DNA from: Raillietiella orientalis
Taxonomy: Eukaryota
DNA length: 64,000 nt
Reading direction: 5' to 3'
NCBI GenBank assembly: GCA_036172245.1
Contig: JAYWIR010000058.1
Coordinates: forward strand, 1 to 64,000
Below are positions 24,969-38,369 of the stretch, one piece after another. Position numbers and translations under genes: made by a program. Numbering within the stretch: position 1 is the stretch's first letter; each line of letters opens with the position of its first letter. The notes beneath the pieces were generated by a model that was given only the letters and a program-made list of their open reading frames with translations, was not told the DNA's origin and did no database searches.

Positions 24969-25859
24969 AAGGTAAGCACGTCGCCCGTGCCTGCCGCTTT
25001 CTCATCTTTTGGAGCGTTCTTCCCCAGGGGTAGGAGTGGAAGCCGGAGGCAGAGCTCTGCAAGGGGGGGCATCCTTGTGAGGCACGGTGGCGGGAGTGTC
25101 TCAGGAAATTCCATTAATAAATAGTTCTCTTTTTTCAGCATGGTTCCCTTTTGTTTTATTCTACAGAATTTCAGTGGCTACGCCTGCACAACGTGCAATG
25201 CAACCGGGAGAAGCAAAGCGAGTATGCAGGATGCATGAGCAATCTTGCAGTAAGCAGGCATCCGACAGCAAGTTCTGCGAATCCAGGAACTTGTGCATGC
25301 GAATGCGGATTGGTTTTCAGTGGAGGATGAGAAAGATCGACTTGTGTCTTGCTTTCAGCCACGACGTTTCTGGGATTTTCAGGGAATTCTCAGATGGTTG
25401 GGGCAGTCCTTCTTAGGGGTGCCAGGACTGGACGGAGTTCTCTAGGATATTGAAATCACTCACGTCTCTGGACGCTGTCCTCGGGTGCGGCGGCGACGCT
25501 GCGCAGATGGTTCTGCAGTGCCGTTGCACACCGGTCTATCCTTTTGTGAAGACTGCGACACTGGGCGCCCGATGATTGGGCTGGACCACGGCGAGCCTGG
25601 TTTCTCTCATCACGAGGTTCGCCTCCACATTCGTCTTCTTTTCTCCTGTGGCGATTGACACCTGGGCGTCCAGTCGCCTCTCGTCTTTTAATCTGATTTT
25701 GCGGCTACAGAGGCTTCCTTGAGAGGTACACAATATGGACGGCAGGATCTTGGTCTTGCTAAAGGGATAATAAGTCCCTGCAGAGGCAACCTTCCTCCCT
25801 ACTTCTCGTCCGGTTTGCAATCCGGTTGCGGATTGTTGTCTCACCGTCCGATCTGGAGC

Positions 25860-26130
25860 CACATTAAGGCAGATCTGGTGGTTTAGCAGAGCTCTCTTTG
25901 TAGAGAAGACCATGCCACTGTCCGGCTTGTTGGAGAAGAGCCTCGATGAGACTTGAACGCACATCTTCTGCACTTATATTTGACTGCACCACGCCATTTC
26001 TGTGCGTAACCACCATGTAGAGCTTTATCTTCTGTACCTGGTGGCGAACCATCGAGAGTCTGGGGATGTAGCCGCACCCAGTCACGCCACAGGACATCGA
26101 CTGGGAAACACTGGGAACAGTGGCGAATGT
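25860..26130 (-). mobile_element. Decayed multi-zinc-finger remnant, possibly the N-terminus of an RLE-type (NeSL/Utopia/R2-like) retrotransposon
   Basis: Frameshifted minus-strand pieces SCGVTGCGY...THR, YKCRRCAFKSH and GMVFSTKRALLNH. No RT recognised downstream. Confidence 0.3.
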
Positions 26131-28030
26131 TTTTCCCTTACAATCCGGGCGATTTCTTCACAATGCTGTTACAAATCACAACGAATATTACAGATACAAG
26201 TAAAAGTGTACGAATTACTGGGAACACCGCTGCAATTGAAGGTCTCAGTAGCTTCGATTCAACTACATTGCGGTGCAATCATGGCAGACGAGACCACAGG
26301 GGCTCCCAACAAGGCTTTCTTCCAATCCAAAGAATACATCCATACTCAAATGCAACGACTGACAGTCCATTCAAATTCGCGCTGCTCTAGCAGTTCGTTT
26401 CTCCTGCGGCTCTACAGATACATACGATATGGTGCAAATACAACACAGAAACAGAAGGAAAACAACAATCGTGAACTCATTGAAATGAAAACCCTTCATA
26501 TAAGCACATCCCCTTAAGGGACGAGATCTTTTGTATCGCGGAAGCGTACGTTTACATTTTGCAAGGAAGCTCTCGGAGTATCTGTGTGAAAAGTCTTGCT
26601 GCTCACTGGGGCTATCCTTGCACTAATAGTCTTTGGTATCGAAAGATGCACCCGTTTACGGGACTACCAATCGAGGAAAATTCTCATGCTCTTAGCCAGA
26701 ATAGTGTTGGGATGCTTACTACACTTGGAGAAGCATAGTTTCTTCAAGCTTTTGTTTCTTTGGAATCATTGCTCCACGGACTGATACGGAACATCTGCTA
26801 AATATTCAATAGTCCATTACTGAATTGAACATCGGTTTTCAACATGTTTCCGTAATCAATATTAGCAAAAAGATTACCTACCGTTCTACATCGTCGCTTC
26901 TGAAGCTTACTTACATGCGGTTGTTGCCACGTTTCCTTCAAACTATGACCATTCGGATACCAAATAGTCAGTTATTTCCAGAATTCACATCAGAGGTAAA
27001 CCACAGTTTCTTGTTCTAAACTGATGCTCAAGCTAAACTATCTCCGGAAAACACGTTTGCAGTATCTTCAATGTATTGAAGATGAAATGGCCCGGTCGTT
27101 TATGGTGATTAGAATGTAGTTTGTTTCCAGTTTTTTTTTACTAACAACAAAAGTTTGTAATCCCCTTCAGAACATAGTAAGGTATTATCAAAAACATCAA
27201 TGGAATTTACAAGGCTACAGTAACATGGACTAGAAGAAAAAGGAAATACGGTTTCAAGGAGTGCAGAAATTACGGTTTCTACGTTGATGACCCGAAACAT
27301 TGTACCAGAAACAAGTACCAGAAATGATAAAACAAAAGCATGTACCAATTAAGCAGATTATTAATATTCAACGTGTGATGCAAATTATTACACAGATGTG
27401 GTCATTATTATTGTCTATTATTATTTTTTCCAAATCTATCTGGTGAAGTAGTAGTTGGCATACCAGAACAGTTTGAATCCCGTAACGAAACGGAGGCTGC
27501 CAGACGGTAGGATTATTGGGAGTTCGACATGGAAGAAGTAATACAAAAAATTGACAAGTCAGGAAGTAAATCAAAAGGCATGGTTGTTGTGTAAAATTAT
27601 TCGTCGAAATAAAGAAGGAAAGTCTTCCTGTTTATGTAGTACATGTGTAGTCGCAGCAACTGAAATCTAAACACATGTAGAGACGTTGATTTATGAAGGT
27701 TTTCGTAAGCTTCAATGGGATTTTTTATAAGTTTAGTTAATGCTTTTTTTAACAGCTGTAAGTGCTTCATATTAGTTGAAACATAGGCGATAATGCTTTG
27801 CAACCTTTGGCGCCAATAGTTTTCAAGTATTTTATTCATGGTTTCAAACCGAAGCTGGATATCATTGGTAAGCACAGTGTCATATTAGAAATTCCGAAAT
27901 TATTAAATTTTGCGATCATTCCAGTTATACAAGGCGCTATCGCCCGTCGTTTCAATGAAAAAAGAGTACACTGTTGTGGACTCACCAGTGGATTCCTGTG
28001 TTTATGTTAATCTTCCTTTAAACTGTGCAG

Positions 28031-31000
28031 AGATACCTCTATAGTTTCCAGAGCACTGTCCAATTTTCATGAGCACGGTTTTCCCATAAAAACATATAAA
28101 ATTATTACCACTTCTGATGAGATGGTATTATTACAAATTCAGACAGAAGGAGTTCGTTTCGTTAATTATATTCTAAAATACATATCATTTAATGAAGGCA
28201 GAAACCATCATGAACTGTCATGCTTTGAAGAGAATAGAAAGAAAGTACTCGTGGAATTTAGGTAATATTTTCTTGATCAAAATGTGGCATTTTGAATGTG
28301 AAGTACTGATGTGTTTTTGTGAAGTGTGTTCATTTTAATGTGATTGGATAATCATGTTTTTCTTATCATTGTACTATGTGTTAACTTTGTTAGGATTGTT
28401 ACTTTTGTTAGCTTTAAAAGAAATTCCAAGTTGTACAGTGAATGAAGGGATGGATTCTTAATTCCTGTTAAAAACTTTATTTGATTCAGTTTGCAGTTTG
28501 TTTTGTCTGGCTAATGTAGTTCTCCCAAAAAAAGCAAATTGAACATTCCATTGAAGTGTGGCTTTTAGTTACGGTAGTATTTGTTACATAGGTTTCTCTT
28601 TTTTGAGAATTAGAGGATCATTGGGAAGTGAAGCTTGACTATGCATGGAAAGTAAGCTGTACAGTAAGGCTGTAGGAGAACTTTAAGAATTCATTTGTTA
28701 AACTGAGGCTACTTACTAGTATTGATTCCTGAGAAAGTGAGTTGCAGGATGTGTGCTTCCTACTTACTAAATGTAAGGCCTTAACATTCATTATTCATTT
28801 GAATGAGTAGATAGAAAGGGAAGGTTGAATTTCCAGTCACATAAATGAATCTGTTTTGGCTTAACGAGAAGTTTGGAGAACCAATTGGCATGATGAAGAT
28901 GGAAATAAGTACTACAGCATTGTAGATGTGACGTGAAGACCTGTAATGGTTTGAAATCATGAAAATTTCAGTTCCTATCAGATTGTCATATTCAAAGCTG
29001 CAGTGACTATGATTGATTAAAGTTTCATTCAAGAGTAACAAATATCTATCCAATGACTTAGTATGAATTACCTCTTCTGATGAGGAGGTATTATTGATAT
29101 TATTACAAATTCATACAGGAGCAGTTTTTTTGTTAATTATATTCGAAAATACATATCATTTAATGAATGAAGAAATCATCATGAACTTTCATCTTTATCA
29201 CTATGAATTGATAGTGAGATACATGAGATCCATGGTGTAGTATTTTAAATGAATTCAGTACCCATCTAATGCTATCACTAGGATGTCATGCATGAATTGG
29301 AAGGATGAGCAGCTTGTATCTATCAGCTAACAATCCAATCTTACTGCAAACTGGATGCTTGGATTCATTTTTGGTGCCTGCACTTTGGACTTTGTGGGCA
29401 GAGAAGTTACAGAGAAAGTAATGAGCCAAAGACTGATTTATAGAGATTTCACTTCTGAGGCATCTTATGCAGGTTTCTCTTTGGAAGATTACCAGGAATC
29501 AAAAGCAAAATGTGCCAACATGCCTGTTTCTTTGCATTCTATTCATTATTGTTATTTTGGTGTTTGTATTTTTGTAAATTAAATCTCTGATATCTATTTT
29601 GTCAGGAACATTCTACTATAGTATATACTTGTTTACATATCATTTGTTCTGTGGTTGTCATATGAGACCACTTGATTGATTGGTAAATGTACAGGAGTTT
29701 CTCTTAAGTGTGTTAATGGAAAGTTTTCTATCAAAAGTCTCATCTTGTTTACACAATAAATGAGTCATGTATAGTTTCCTTGTGGCTTATTCTTTGTGTA
29801 CGTTTATTCTGCTTGAATTTTGGGATCTCACTTTAGATGCTACTTTTACAATTTTGTAGTTCTGTACCATTTGCATTGGATACAAATTCATGAAACTCTT
29901 GGAAAAGATTTAATTATTTCTTTTTTTGAGAAGCAGCTTAGCAGTAATATTCTGGGATTCTCTCCATGTGCCTCATACATTAACTAATGATCTTAAAGAA
30001 TGAATTTTGTTAATAGTTTTAATTAAATAATTCTGAACTTGACTAAACATGAATTCAAACTGCTCTGAAATTTTCTCATCGCACTGTCTAGTTGTGATCC
30101 TATAAACAAATTCTTTGCCATCCATATGTCCGTAGATTCAAATTCACTAGATTTGCAATGATTTGGTGCAACCAATCACATGCTTCACAAGGTAACAATG
30201 AAAATTCGAAATTACAGTAAATCCGTATTATATCTGAGGAATGAAATGTGCTGTATTAGATTGAGGATTATGTGTTTGTGATTTTGCTATTGTATGAGTA
30301 TTTCAGTTTTTTTCCAGCTCTCCAAATATTGCAAAACCATTTCACATTGGCCATTTGCGATCTACAATTCTTGGAACTTTCATATCTCATCTACATTCTG
30401 CTCTTGGCCATTATGTTACCAGAATAAATTATTTGGGTGACTGGGGTACACAGTTCGGTATTTTGTTAGCTGGAATCAAGCAGTTTCATATTAATTTGAA
30501 GGAAATTCAACAATCTCCAATGGAAGTTTTGTACAGAGTTTATGTAGAAGGCAATGCAAAAATGATCCAGGACTCAGCATTTGCTGAAAAGGTACAAAAG
30601 GAAACTGCATCTTTAGAAACTGGTGATCCAGCATCTCTTGAAATATGGCAATTTTGTCGTGATTTAACAATAGCTCATTTAAAAAAAACATATGAAAGAC
30701 TTGGTACTTGGTTCACAAATTATGATAGTGAATCCATGTACCGCAGCCAGGAAGTACACTCAGCATTAAGTTTGTTTAGCAGCCAAACGGAATTTTATAA
30801 ACATACTGATGGAAGAATTATGGCAAGCTTGTCAAATGGAAGACAGGTCACTGTAATTGAGTCTGATGGTACCCCATTGTATATGGCACGTGATCTTGCT
30901 GCTGCTGCAGATCGACTTGATAGATATGCAATGGATAGTGCATTATATATTGTTGATAATTCCCAGAACGACCACTTCATGGCACTCTTCGATCTCTTGC

Positions 31001-31804
31001 GTAGATGTGATATGTTCCAATCCTGTCATTTTAAACATGTAAAATTTGGTCGAATCTGTGGCATGAGCACAAGAAGGGGTACTGCTGTATTTGTTCATGA
31101 TGTGCTAAATAAGTTACAAGAACTTATGGAATCGAGGCAAAAACATTCTCCAAGTGAGTTAGGTCGTTTGATGATTTTTAATTAAGCTTCAATATTGCAG
31201 CCACTAGAATGGAAGCATTCAATCCTGAAGTATCCAATATCCTTGCTGTTAGTGCCTTATGCATTCAGGATTTTAAACATAAGCGTACCAAAGACTACGA
31301 ATTTGATTGGGAAGAGGCTCTCAAGGTAACATTTGTGGTAACTGCAACATTTACGTTACATTTTAAGCCTACAGGAATCACAGGTGTAAGAATCCAGTAT
31401 GCACACTGTCGTTTGTCCAGTTTGCAGAAAAACTGTGGTTTCCATTTAGAGCCTGATGCAGAATTCATTACCTTGGAAAGTGGGATCATTTTGAAATTGG
31501 CTGTGCATCTTTCACATTTTGAACCTATACTGTGGCATTGCTATGAAGAATTAGAGCCCTGCATTTTAGTAAAGTATCTCTTTCAATTATGGTGGGTATT
31601 TGTACATTTCCTTCACACAATGTTATTGATTCCTCAAATTATTTTATGATTAGTTCTTTGGTATCATCCTCATATGAAACAGTTCGTGTTCAAGGAAGAC
31701 CTTCACAGGTTGCCCAAGCACATCTCATGCTATATGTTGCATGTCGCAAAGTTTTATATGACGGTATGGTGATTCTAGGTTTGCAGCCACTTGAGCAAAT
31801 GTAG
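28031..31804 (+). CDS. RARS2: Arginyl-tRNA synthetase, mitochondrial type
   Basis: Exons ~28031-28261 (...ENRKKVLVEF), 30318-31153 (SSPNIAKPFHIGHLRSTI HIGH motif, NYLGDWGTQFG, DGTPLYMARD, FGRICGMSTRRG), 31201-31325 (DYEFDWEEALK), 31368-31591 (TGVRIQYAHCRL...LEPCILVKYL), 31654-31804 (GMVILGLQPLEQM*). The 5'-most exon(s) in ~27715-28030 are unresolved. Confidence 0.93.
29067..29196 (+). pseudogene. Decayed intronic duplicate of RARS2 exon segment 28104-28226
   Basis: attacctcttctgatgag...ttacaaattca...gttaattatattcgaaaatacatatcatttaatgaa...catcatgaactttcatcttt aligns with 28104-28226, with indels. Confidence 0.85.
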
Positions 31805-34800
31805 CATGCAGCTAATACAAATTTTACTATGTTGATGGCTGATCACTGGTAAAAATTTTATTACTTTAGAGTAATGCAGTGTTTTTGTGCATGCTACACA
31901 TAGCAATGAAGTACTGAAAAATGAGATGTACACTCTGAAGTACACCTTATGGTTTAGTCTTTTCACTTAGCTTAATTAACTTCATTGAAGCTAAAATTAT
32001 ACCTCATTAAAACTTTATCTCCAGGAACTTAAATTTCAAATATGCTAGTAAGCTGAAGTATTAAAGATAGTGGCATAAATTTGATAACGTCATTCATATT
32101 TGATTACCTTGACTTTCAATGAAATACGGTATTTTACTGTACATATGTCTTTCGTATTAAAACCACACTACTAAGTTACTGCAAAAAAGCATTCATAACC
32201 ATTTGTAATACTTTCTTTGCTTGCTTGCAATTATGTAAATGTACAATTTCTGAAGAATTCATTCTTCTACATCACCGTAAATTTCAATTTTTTCCGAGTT
32301 TCGAATTGCCAACACACCTATAAGAAGAATCACTACCAATAACTTACCGTCCGTCATGTGCAACCATTTGATGCAATCCAATGTTGGGCGCAAACACCTA
32401 TTTAAACATACCATTTCTGCTGAGAACCATTTTTAAAAAAGGAGAATGCAATTGGTTTCAGATAGAAACTTTAAAATCTTGCATTAAAGTTGAGTTGATT
32501 GCCAGTAACCACGAGAAATTCGTGAAAACATGCAACGAATTTACCAGCATAGAAATCAAGTAAACACTAATACGGTGCCTCTCAAAAGTAACACATGAAC
32601 CTAGTTGAGCAACAAGTTTCAGGACGTGTTCTTCCTTGACAATCATCTACTATTACATGAATTCATGGAGGTATTTGATTGGAAAATCATGCCTGTGACG
32701 CCTTCGTTCTGCTGTGGAAAGTGCATCGGCATAATTATATCAACTAGTCTTAGTTACCTGCAACGCTGATGTGATTGCTTTCGTATTATTTACGGCAATT
32801 TGTTTTCGGAAAATAAAAGGTTATTTCGCCTGAATTTATACACAAATGCAATTTACCAAACGTGTCTTCAAGTTTGATTCGCCAAGTTCTGTACCCCCTC
32901 AAGAGTGTGCCCTCCTTCCTCACTGTTCTTTCTGGAAGGGGAGAACAGAACCAGGAGTTACATGTAATCGTAGACTTCGGATTTCGGGACCGCCAAAGAG
33001 GATAACTAGCCTTAACAACCCTGTAAATTCTGCAAGCAGCCAGGTAACCAGTAATGCCCCGGGAAAAAGTACTAACGGGCAGTCTGCCTCAATAGTACTG
33101 ACAAGCGCATAAACATGGTGGTAATAACTATCACTCATTACAGATATGTTCCGTCATGGATCAACAAGCGGTGCTCTGTTCACCCAGGCAAAAAACAAAG
33201 GCAGCTTTTTCCCTATTTTGAGGTTTTTCCCTTAGGTTCATCTAAAACAAAGATTTAGCACTGACCAGCAATTATGTCTTGCTGGTTTGTTTTTCTTATC
33301 TAAACTTGACAAAACATGAGACACTAAACCTCAAGTAGCTAAATTGTAGACCAGCGGTAGGCCACGTGCAACCCACATGGCTTCGGAATTAACCTGTCTC
33401 GCTGTGAGGCACGCTTATGCAAATCCTTTTCCTTATTTAAGCTATGAAACTAGCGCGACAACCTTCGTATTTTATAAAGCGATCTGCCATGGCACAAAAT
33501 GTCAGCTTTCGCAGGAGCTGTAAGCGTAAAAGTCAGGTGCAAGAAGTATACTGAAATTCATGTACTTTGTTTAATGAATTAGTGATTTGGGGTTTTCTAT
33601 ATAAGATTGGAAACTTTTGTAAACTACTTCCGGAGATGTCAAATGCTAGTGATAGAAGGGGCATTTGTGTGAGATGCATTGAAAATTCCATTATTCTTGG
33701 ACCCCAAAGTTTTTCTTCTAAGAGTTAAATGGGACAGCAGTATATTTAAGTTGCCACGAATTCGTTGTAGCTACGAAAAAATGTAACATTACATATGTTG
33801 AGCAGCAAAAGTAACTAACCTAACGGTTGGGTCAGTTAAATTATAGTGGGTTCATAAAAAGTCAAAAAAAAAAAAGACATCAATTTGAATAATAGATTTA
33901 GGAAGCTGACCTTGGCAGTGTCTGAAATCGTGACCCGCAGCAGATTTCATAAATGGACTGTTCACTGCAGCACATTTCAGGAATCACATGAGGTCCTTTG
34001 GGACACAAAGATCACGCACACACTCATTTGGTCTCTAACTCGAGTTATTTTACAAACCATTCGGGAGAACCAACGAAAACAAGAATGGAATCATCTCAAA
34101 CTTATGAATGAATGAATAATTGCGAGTTAAGACAAACACCAAATACTTAAAATCCTTAAAGAAGAAATTCGAAAACATTCTTGCATTCTTCATTGCACGT
34201 CACGTGTTTTTGAAATTTTAGTCTAGAGCAGAACTTAACTTCTTTCTATGAACTTAAATAAACAAAAGAACAACAACGGAGATCAGGAAAGATCTTAGGG
34301 TCAAAACTTTCCAACAAAACGTTTTCAATAAAACGAGTAGAAAAATTGCCGTTTCAAAATCGGACAGTAATAAGTCCGGATACGTTTCGACGTTTATTTC
34401 GAAAAACAGGAAAATCAAAGATTTTTGAACGGTGGAAATAAAGACATGTGAATAAACGACAGCTTCTCCTTTTGCAAATCCTTCTCCTTTTTAAAAAAAT
34501 CTCTACAAAATTCAAAAAGTTGAAAAATATTGTAATTGGCATTCAGCTGAATTCTGTATTTTCGTGGGAAAAAGAAAGCTCATTTCAAAGTTCCAAAAAT
34601 TTAAATAAAAATCTCTTAACACAGGGCATCATTGCTGAGAATTTTGAAACGTCAAATTTCTTCTTGGAATATTTAAGAAATGCAAGAGCTAACAAGACAG
34701 CATTCTGTGAAAGAGCAAATGCAGCACGTCTCGCTCTCTCAGGTAACAAAGCAATCAAGAATGCAGTACTATAACGCAATCTGTGAATGAATACGCAAGC

Positions 34801-35408
34801 GTTTTTACATGTAAGTACAGAATTTATTAACATTCTCAAAATACCTGAATTATCCAATAAATGCTTTATGGTTTACAAACGATAATGTATTCTGACAGAA
34901 AATCGCATCCATTGTGCAACATTTTAAGATGGTCAAACCTTAAATAACAGGTTTGTGAGTACACGAATCTGTTTCATTTGTTTGTTACACAGGTTCGTAA
35001 GCCAGATTTTTTGCTTATTACGAATGGCTAGTAAAAAAGTTTTTTCTAATCTATGATCAGGTACGCTATTTTGATAATTAAGCAACCACTTTAATAGCTG
35101 ACATCTGAATGTAGTAAATCTGAAACAAATGAAATACTCAACTCAAAATGCATAATTCCTTTGGAAATTAATAAAATGCTCTTAAGTGAAAATCACGTAC
35201 CTTGCCAAGTAAAAAGCTTGCATGGAGTACATTTTCCGAAACAAATAAGTATTATAATCATAATAACCGTAAATCGATTTACATGTGAACAATGCAACTA
35301 TCCAAAAATGTTATTTAATATACATGGCAATAGGAATAATGTATAAAACAAAATAAGGCAATTTAAAACGATCAGTCTTTTCAAAAGGATTTCAATTTAG
35401 AGTTAAGT

Positions 35409-38369
35409 TCACCTTTTAAGCATTTTATTTGATTGATCCTGTCTTGCACCTATGTCATCTAACACAGTCTTGTAAACTTCTTCAGCTTTCAGATCAGTTT
35501 CTTCCGATTTAGAGAGGTCACGTATGATTTCGGATAACTCTAATTGCAATTTTTTAAAACCTGCAATATCCCTGAATAGACTTGTGAAATGCATCCCCCC
35601 AAAAGTATTACATACTTTTGCTTATTCGTCAAGAAAAATTTGCTGTTGTAAAATCTTTCAACTACGGCAACAAAATCGTCATTTATACTATTTAGGAAGG
35701 AAGTTTCCTTTTGCAATTTATCTTGTATAACGTGTTGTAAGAAAGCATTTATACTATCCTTAAGAAATTATAATCAGAAATAATGCATGATGATTTTGGT
35801 TGTACATTACGTTTGTGATTGTTTTTAATAGAGCATTTGCCTGAACATAAGCCTTTCATTTGTTTACTACTATGGGATTCAAGTTAAAAACAAAAATAAA
35901 TAAACATTACCTCTTTATTCTCTGTAATACTTGAATATGATTTAACATTTGTTTGGAATCTATATAGGTACTCTGAACTATCAGCTTTGCTGGAAGCAGG
36001 TTTTCCACCTAATGAAAAAGTACTTTAACAGTTGTTGATTGGAGATTAAATGTTTTACCTTGAGAACCTATATATGGTTTAAAAGAAACTGTATTTTCCG
36101 AATCTATTCTGAAAAAATCTGTACTCCTGTCATAGTCATCTCTAAAACAGCTTTTGACATACAAAACATCAGATTCCCTGGAATTAGGTCTCTCTGGAGT
36201 TTTAGGGCTGGGATGGGGGGTTTCACATAAAATCCCTTGTTCTGACAGCCCAGAATTCCATCTTTTTGGTAAATCCAGTGCCTGTTTTGGAACACACGTT
36301 TTTTGAATAGAATCAACATGTCTATTCCTTGATTGTATGCTCACTGAATTCTGATGCAGGGATGTTTCTTCAAATTCACACAGATTTTCCAAGTTCACAG
36401 AATTAGATTTTGCACTTTTATTTTCCCAAGAATTTGTTTCACCATCTGAAAGATTTAATGCATTTTCAGATGAGTTTAGATAATTGAATTTATTATATGA
36501 GCTTTTTATTCCAAGATTTGTATTTTCAGCTAAATTTTCTAGGATCCTTGATGTTTGTTTTGCTTTGTTTTTATAGGTAATCTTCGTCATTGGTGCAAGT
36601 GGCCAGTTATCTGTGATGCTGCTAGGAATAACTGACACTTTGCTTTTAGATTTTCTAGATGCAGCATCTGATATATACTTTTTGCCCTTAGTTGTAGGTG
36701 TTCTGCTCATCACAGGGAATGAAAGCGTGTGTGCTTTTACCTGTTTCTTACATTCTGTGTTCACTTTCATAGATTTTGATGCACGAGTTTCAATATTTGA
36801 ATTACAGAACATATTCAAAGTTTTCTTGTCACTATCAAAGTCTTTTTTAGCACTTTGTTCTTGTTCAACATTTTGTTTATTCAAATCACTTCCATAGGGA
36901 ATTTTTGTAGTTTTTAAATTAGATTGGTAGTCCCCAGATTCCAAATTGTTTTTTTTAACTGAAGCAGGTTCTTTCCCTGATTGGAAAGATTTATGCTTCT
37001 TTGAGTATGTAAACTTAATTGAATTTTTCAAGTTACTATCTTCTTCATTGGGTATTTCTAAATTATATGCAAATATGTCTTTTTTTGAATTTTTTTCTCT
37101 TGAGCACATGCTTGGTGAGTTAGGTGGTGGCTTTTTATTTTGGTATGAATCTTGAAGCCATGATGTTTGTAAGCAGTCATCTAGTTTTTTTCTTTAAAAA
37201 AAAAAGTAGCATTAGACATTGGCTTACCAGATAGCTTATCTCCTTTAATCTCTACAGCTTTCCTGGTTTTCTTTCGTTGTTTGCTATTTAGTGCAGTCTT
37301 TTTAACTGAATTTAAAGTATTCTCGTGAGTTTCATGGAAATCTTTCAAAGCCAAGGATGAACGTAAATGAGATCTCAATTCACTATCTTGATAATTATGG
37401 AAAACCTTTTTGGGTTTCCTTTTATCTCTGAGTAAATTATCATAGATGGTGGTATGAACTTTCACATCTTGAACATTTTTTGTACTTGAATTTTTTTGTT
37501 TTATTTCCGTTGTGGAATCATGGAGTGTCACAGGGTCTTTATACAGAATCTTATACTTTTTGACTATTGTTACAGGAGGCTTTGACAATTCTACAGTATT
37601 GATTGGATTCACTTTTTCTTCAGTTTTTCTCTTAAGTGATTTCCTCGTTGATGTTTGATGACGAGCAGAGCGGAAATCGTTGATAGATTCTTGACTCAGG
37701 TGCATAACTTACTTAGAATTCAAGATTTGTCTGTCCAAATTGCTTACCTGTGGTGTCTGGCTTTGAGTATTCTGAATTAACAATTATAGAAGATTCATTG
37801 ATGAAACTACACTCCGAATTGCGTACGCAAGATCTAACAGGTTTCTGTGGGATTCCTGTTTTAACTGAATGAATGCTACATGAAATGCAGGAAAATGCGG
37901 ACGACACTTTTTTATGACGTTTGGTTTGAGAAGACGTGTGTTGCGAGGTCACGATTTCTGACTTTCTTGTATAAGAATAATGCCTTTTCGACCTGCGTTG
38001 ATGTAACTTTTCTGAGAACTAATAACCTTAATTTAATAACGTTAAAGCAGCAGTTGTATTTACAAATTGAAAATAAATGCCTCCTCATATATGATAATAA
38101 TTCAATAAATAAACTACATTACTTGTACAAATACCGTACCTTATCTACACTTATGATGGGATTTTCCCTTAAGCCATTTGTACACACAAAAGAAACTGAA
38201 ACACAAAGTACAAACAAACACTACTTACATTACTCATGATATCAATACCTTTTCCGGTTTGATGTACTTTGCTTTGAATGTTTTTTATTGCTTGAGATAT
38301 TTTGCATTTGGTGTGACAGAATTGTACTGGCTTCGAATCGATCTTTTTTATCTCATTTTCACAGCTCAT
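35409..38369 (-). CDS. Unknown multi-exon protein: long S/K/N-rich low-complexity region plus C-terminal helical/coiled-coil segment
   Basis: ORFs 38369-38169, 37952-37713, 37705-37181 and 37109-36009 plus small exons are mostly joinable by 40-70 nt GT-AG introns (e.g. TCT G/gtaagc...ctag/AT GAC at ~37228/37180; CAA AA/gtatgt...ttcag/G GAT near 35600). C-terminus: DSINAFLQHVIQDKLQKE...DIAGFKKLQLELSEIIRDLSKSEETDLKAEEVYKTVLDDIGARQDQSNKMLKR*. First-exon joins are uncertain. Confidence 0.7.

Noticed and set aside
28890..29080. Intronic C/D snoRNA (ATGATGA...CTGA); a similar candidate near 39558-39618
   Set aside because: Box spacing or terminal stems are unconvincing and no rRNA guide was recognised.
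32380..34860. Genes from short ORFs between RARS2 and the minus-strand gene
   Set aside because: Some splice-like signals and protein-like pieces (e.g. 34448-34774), but no consistent reading frame or family.
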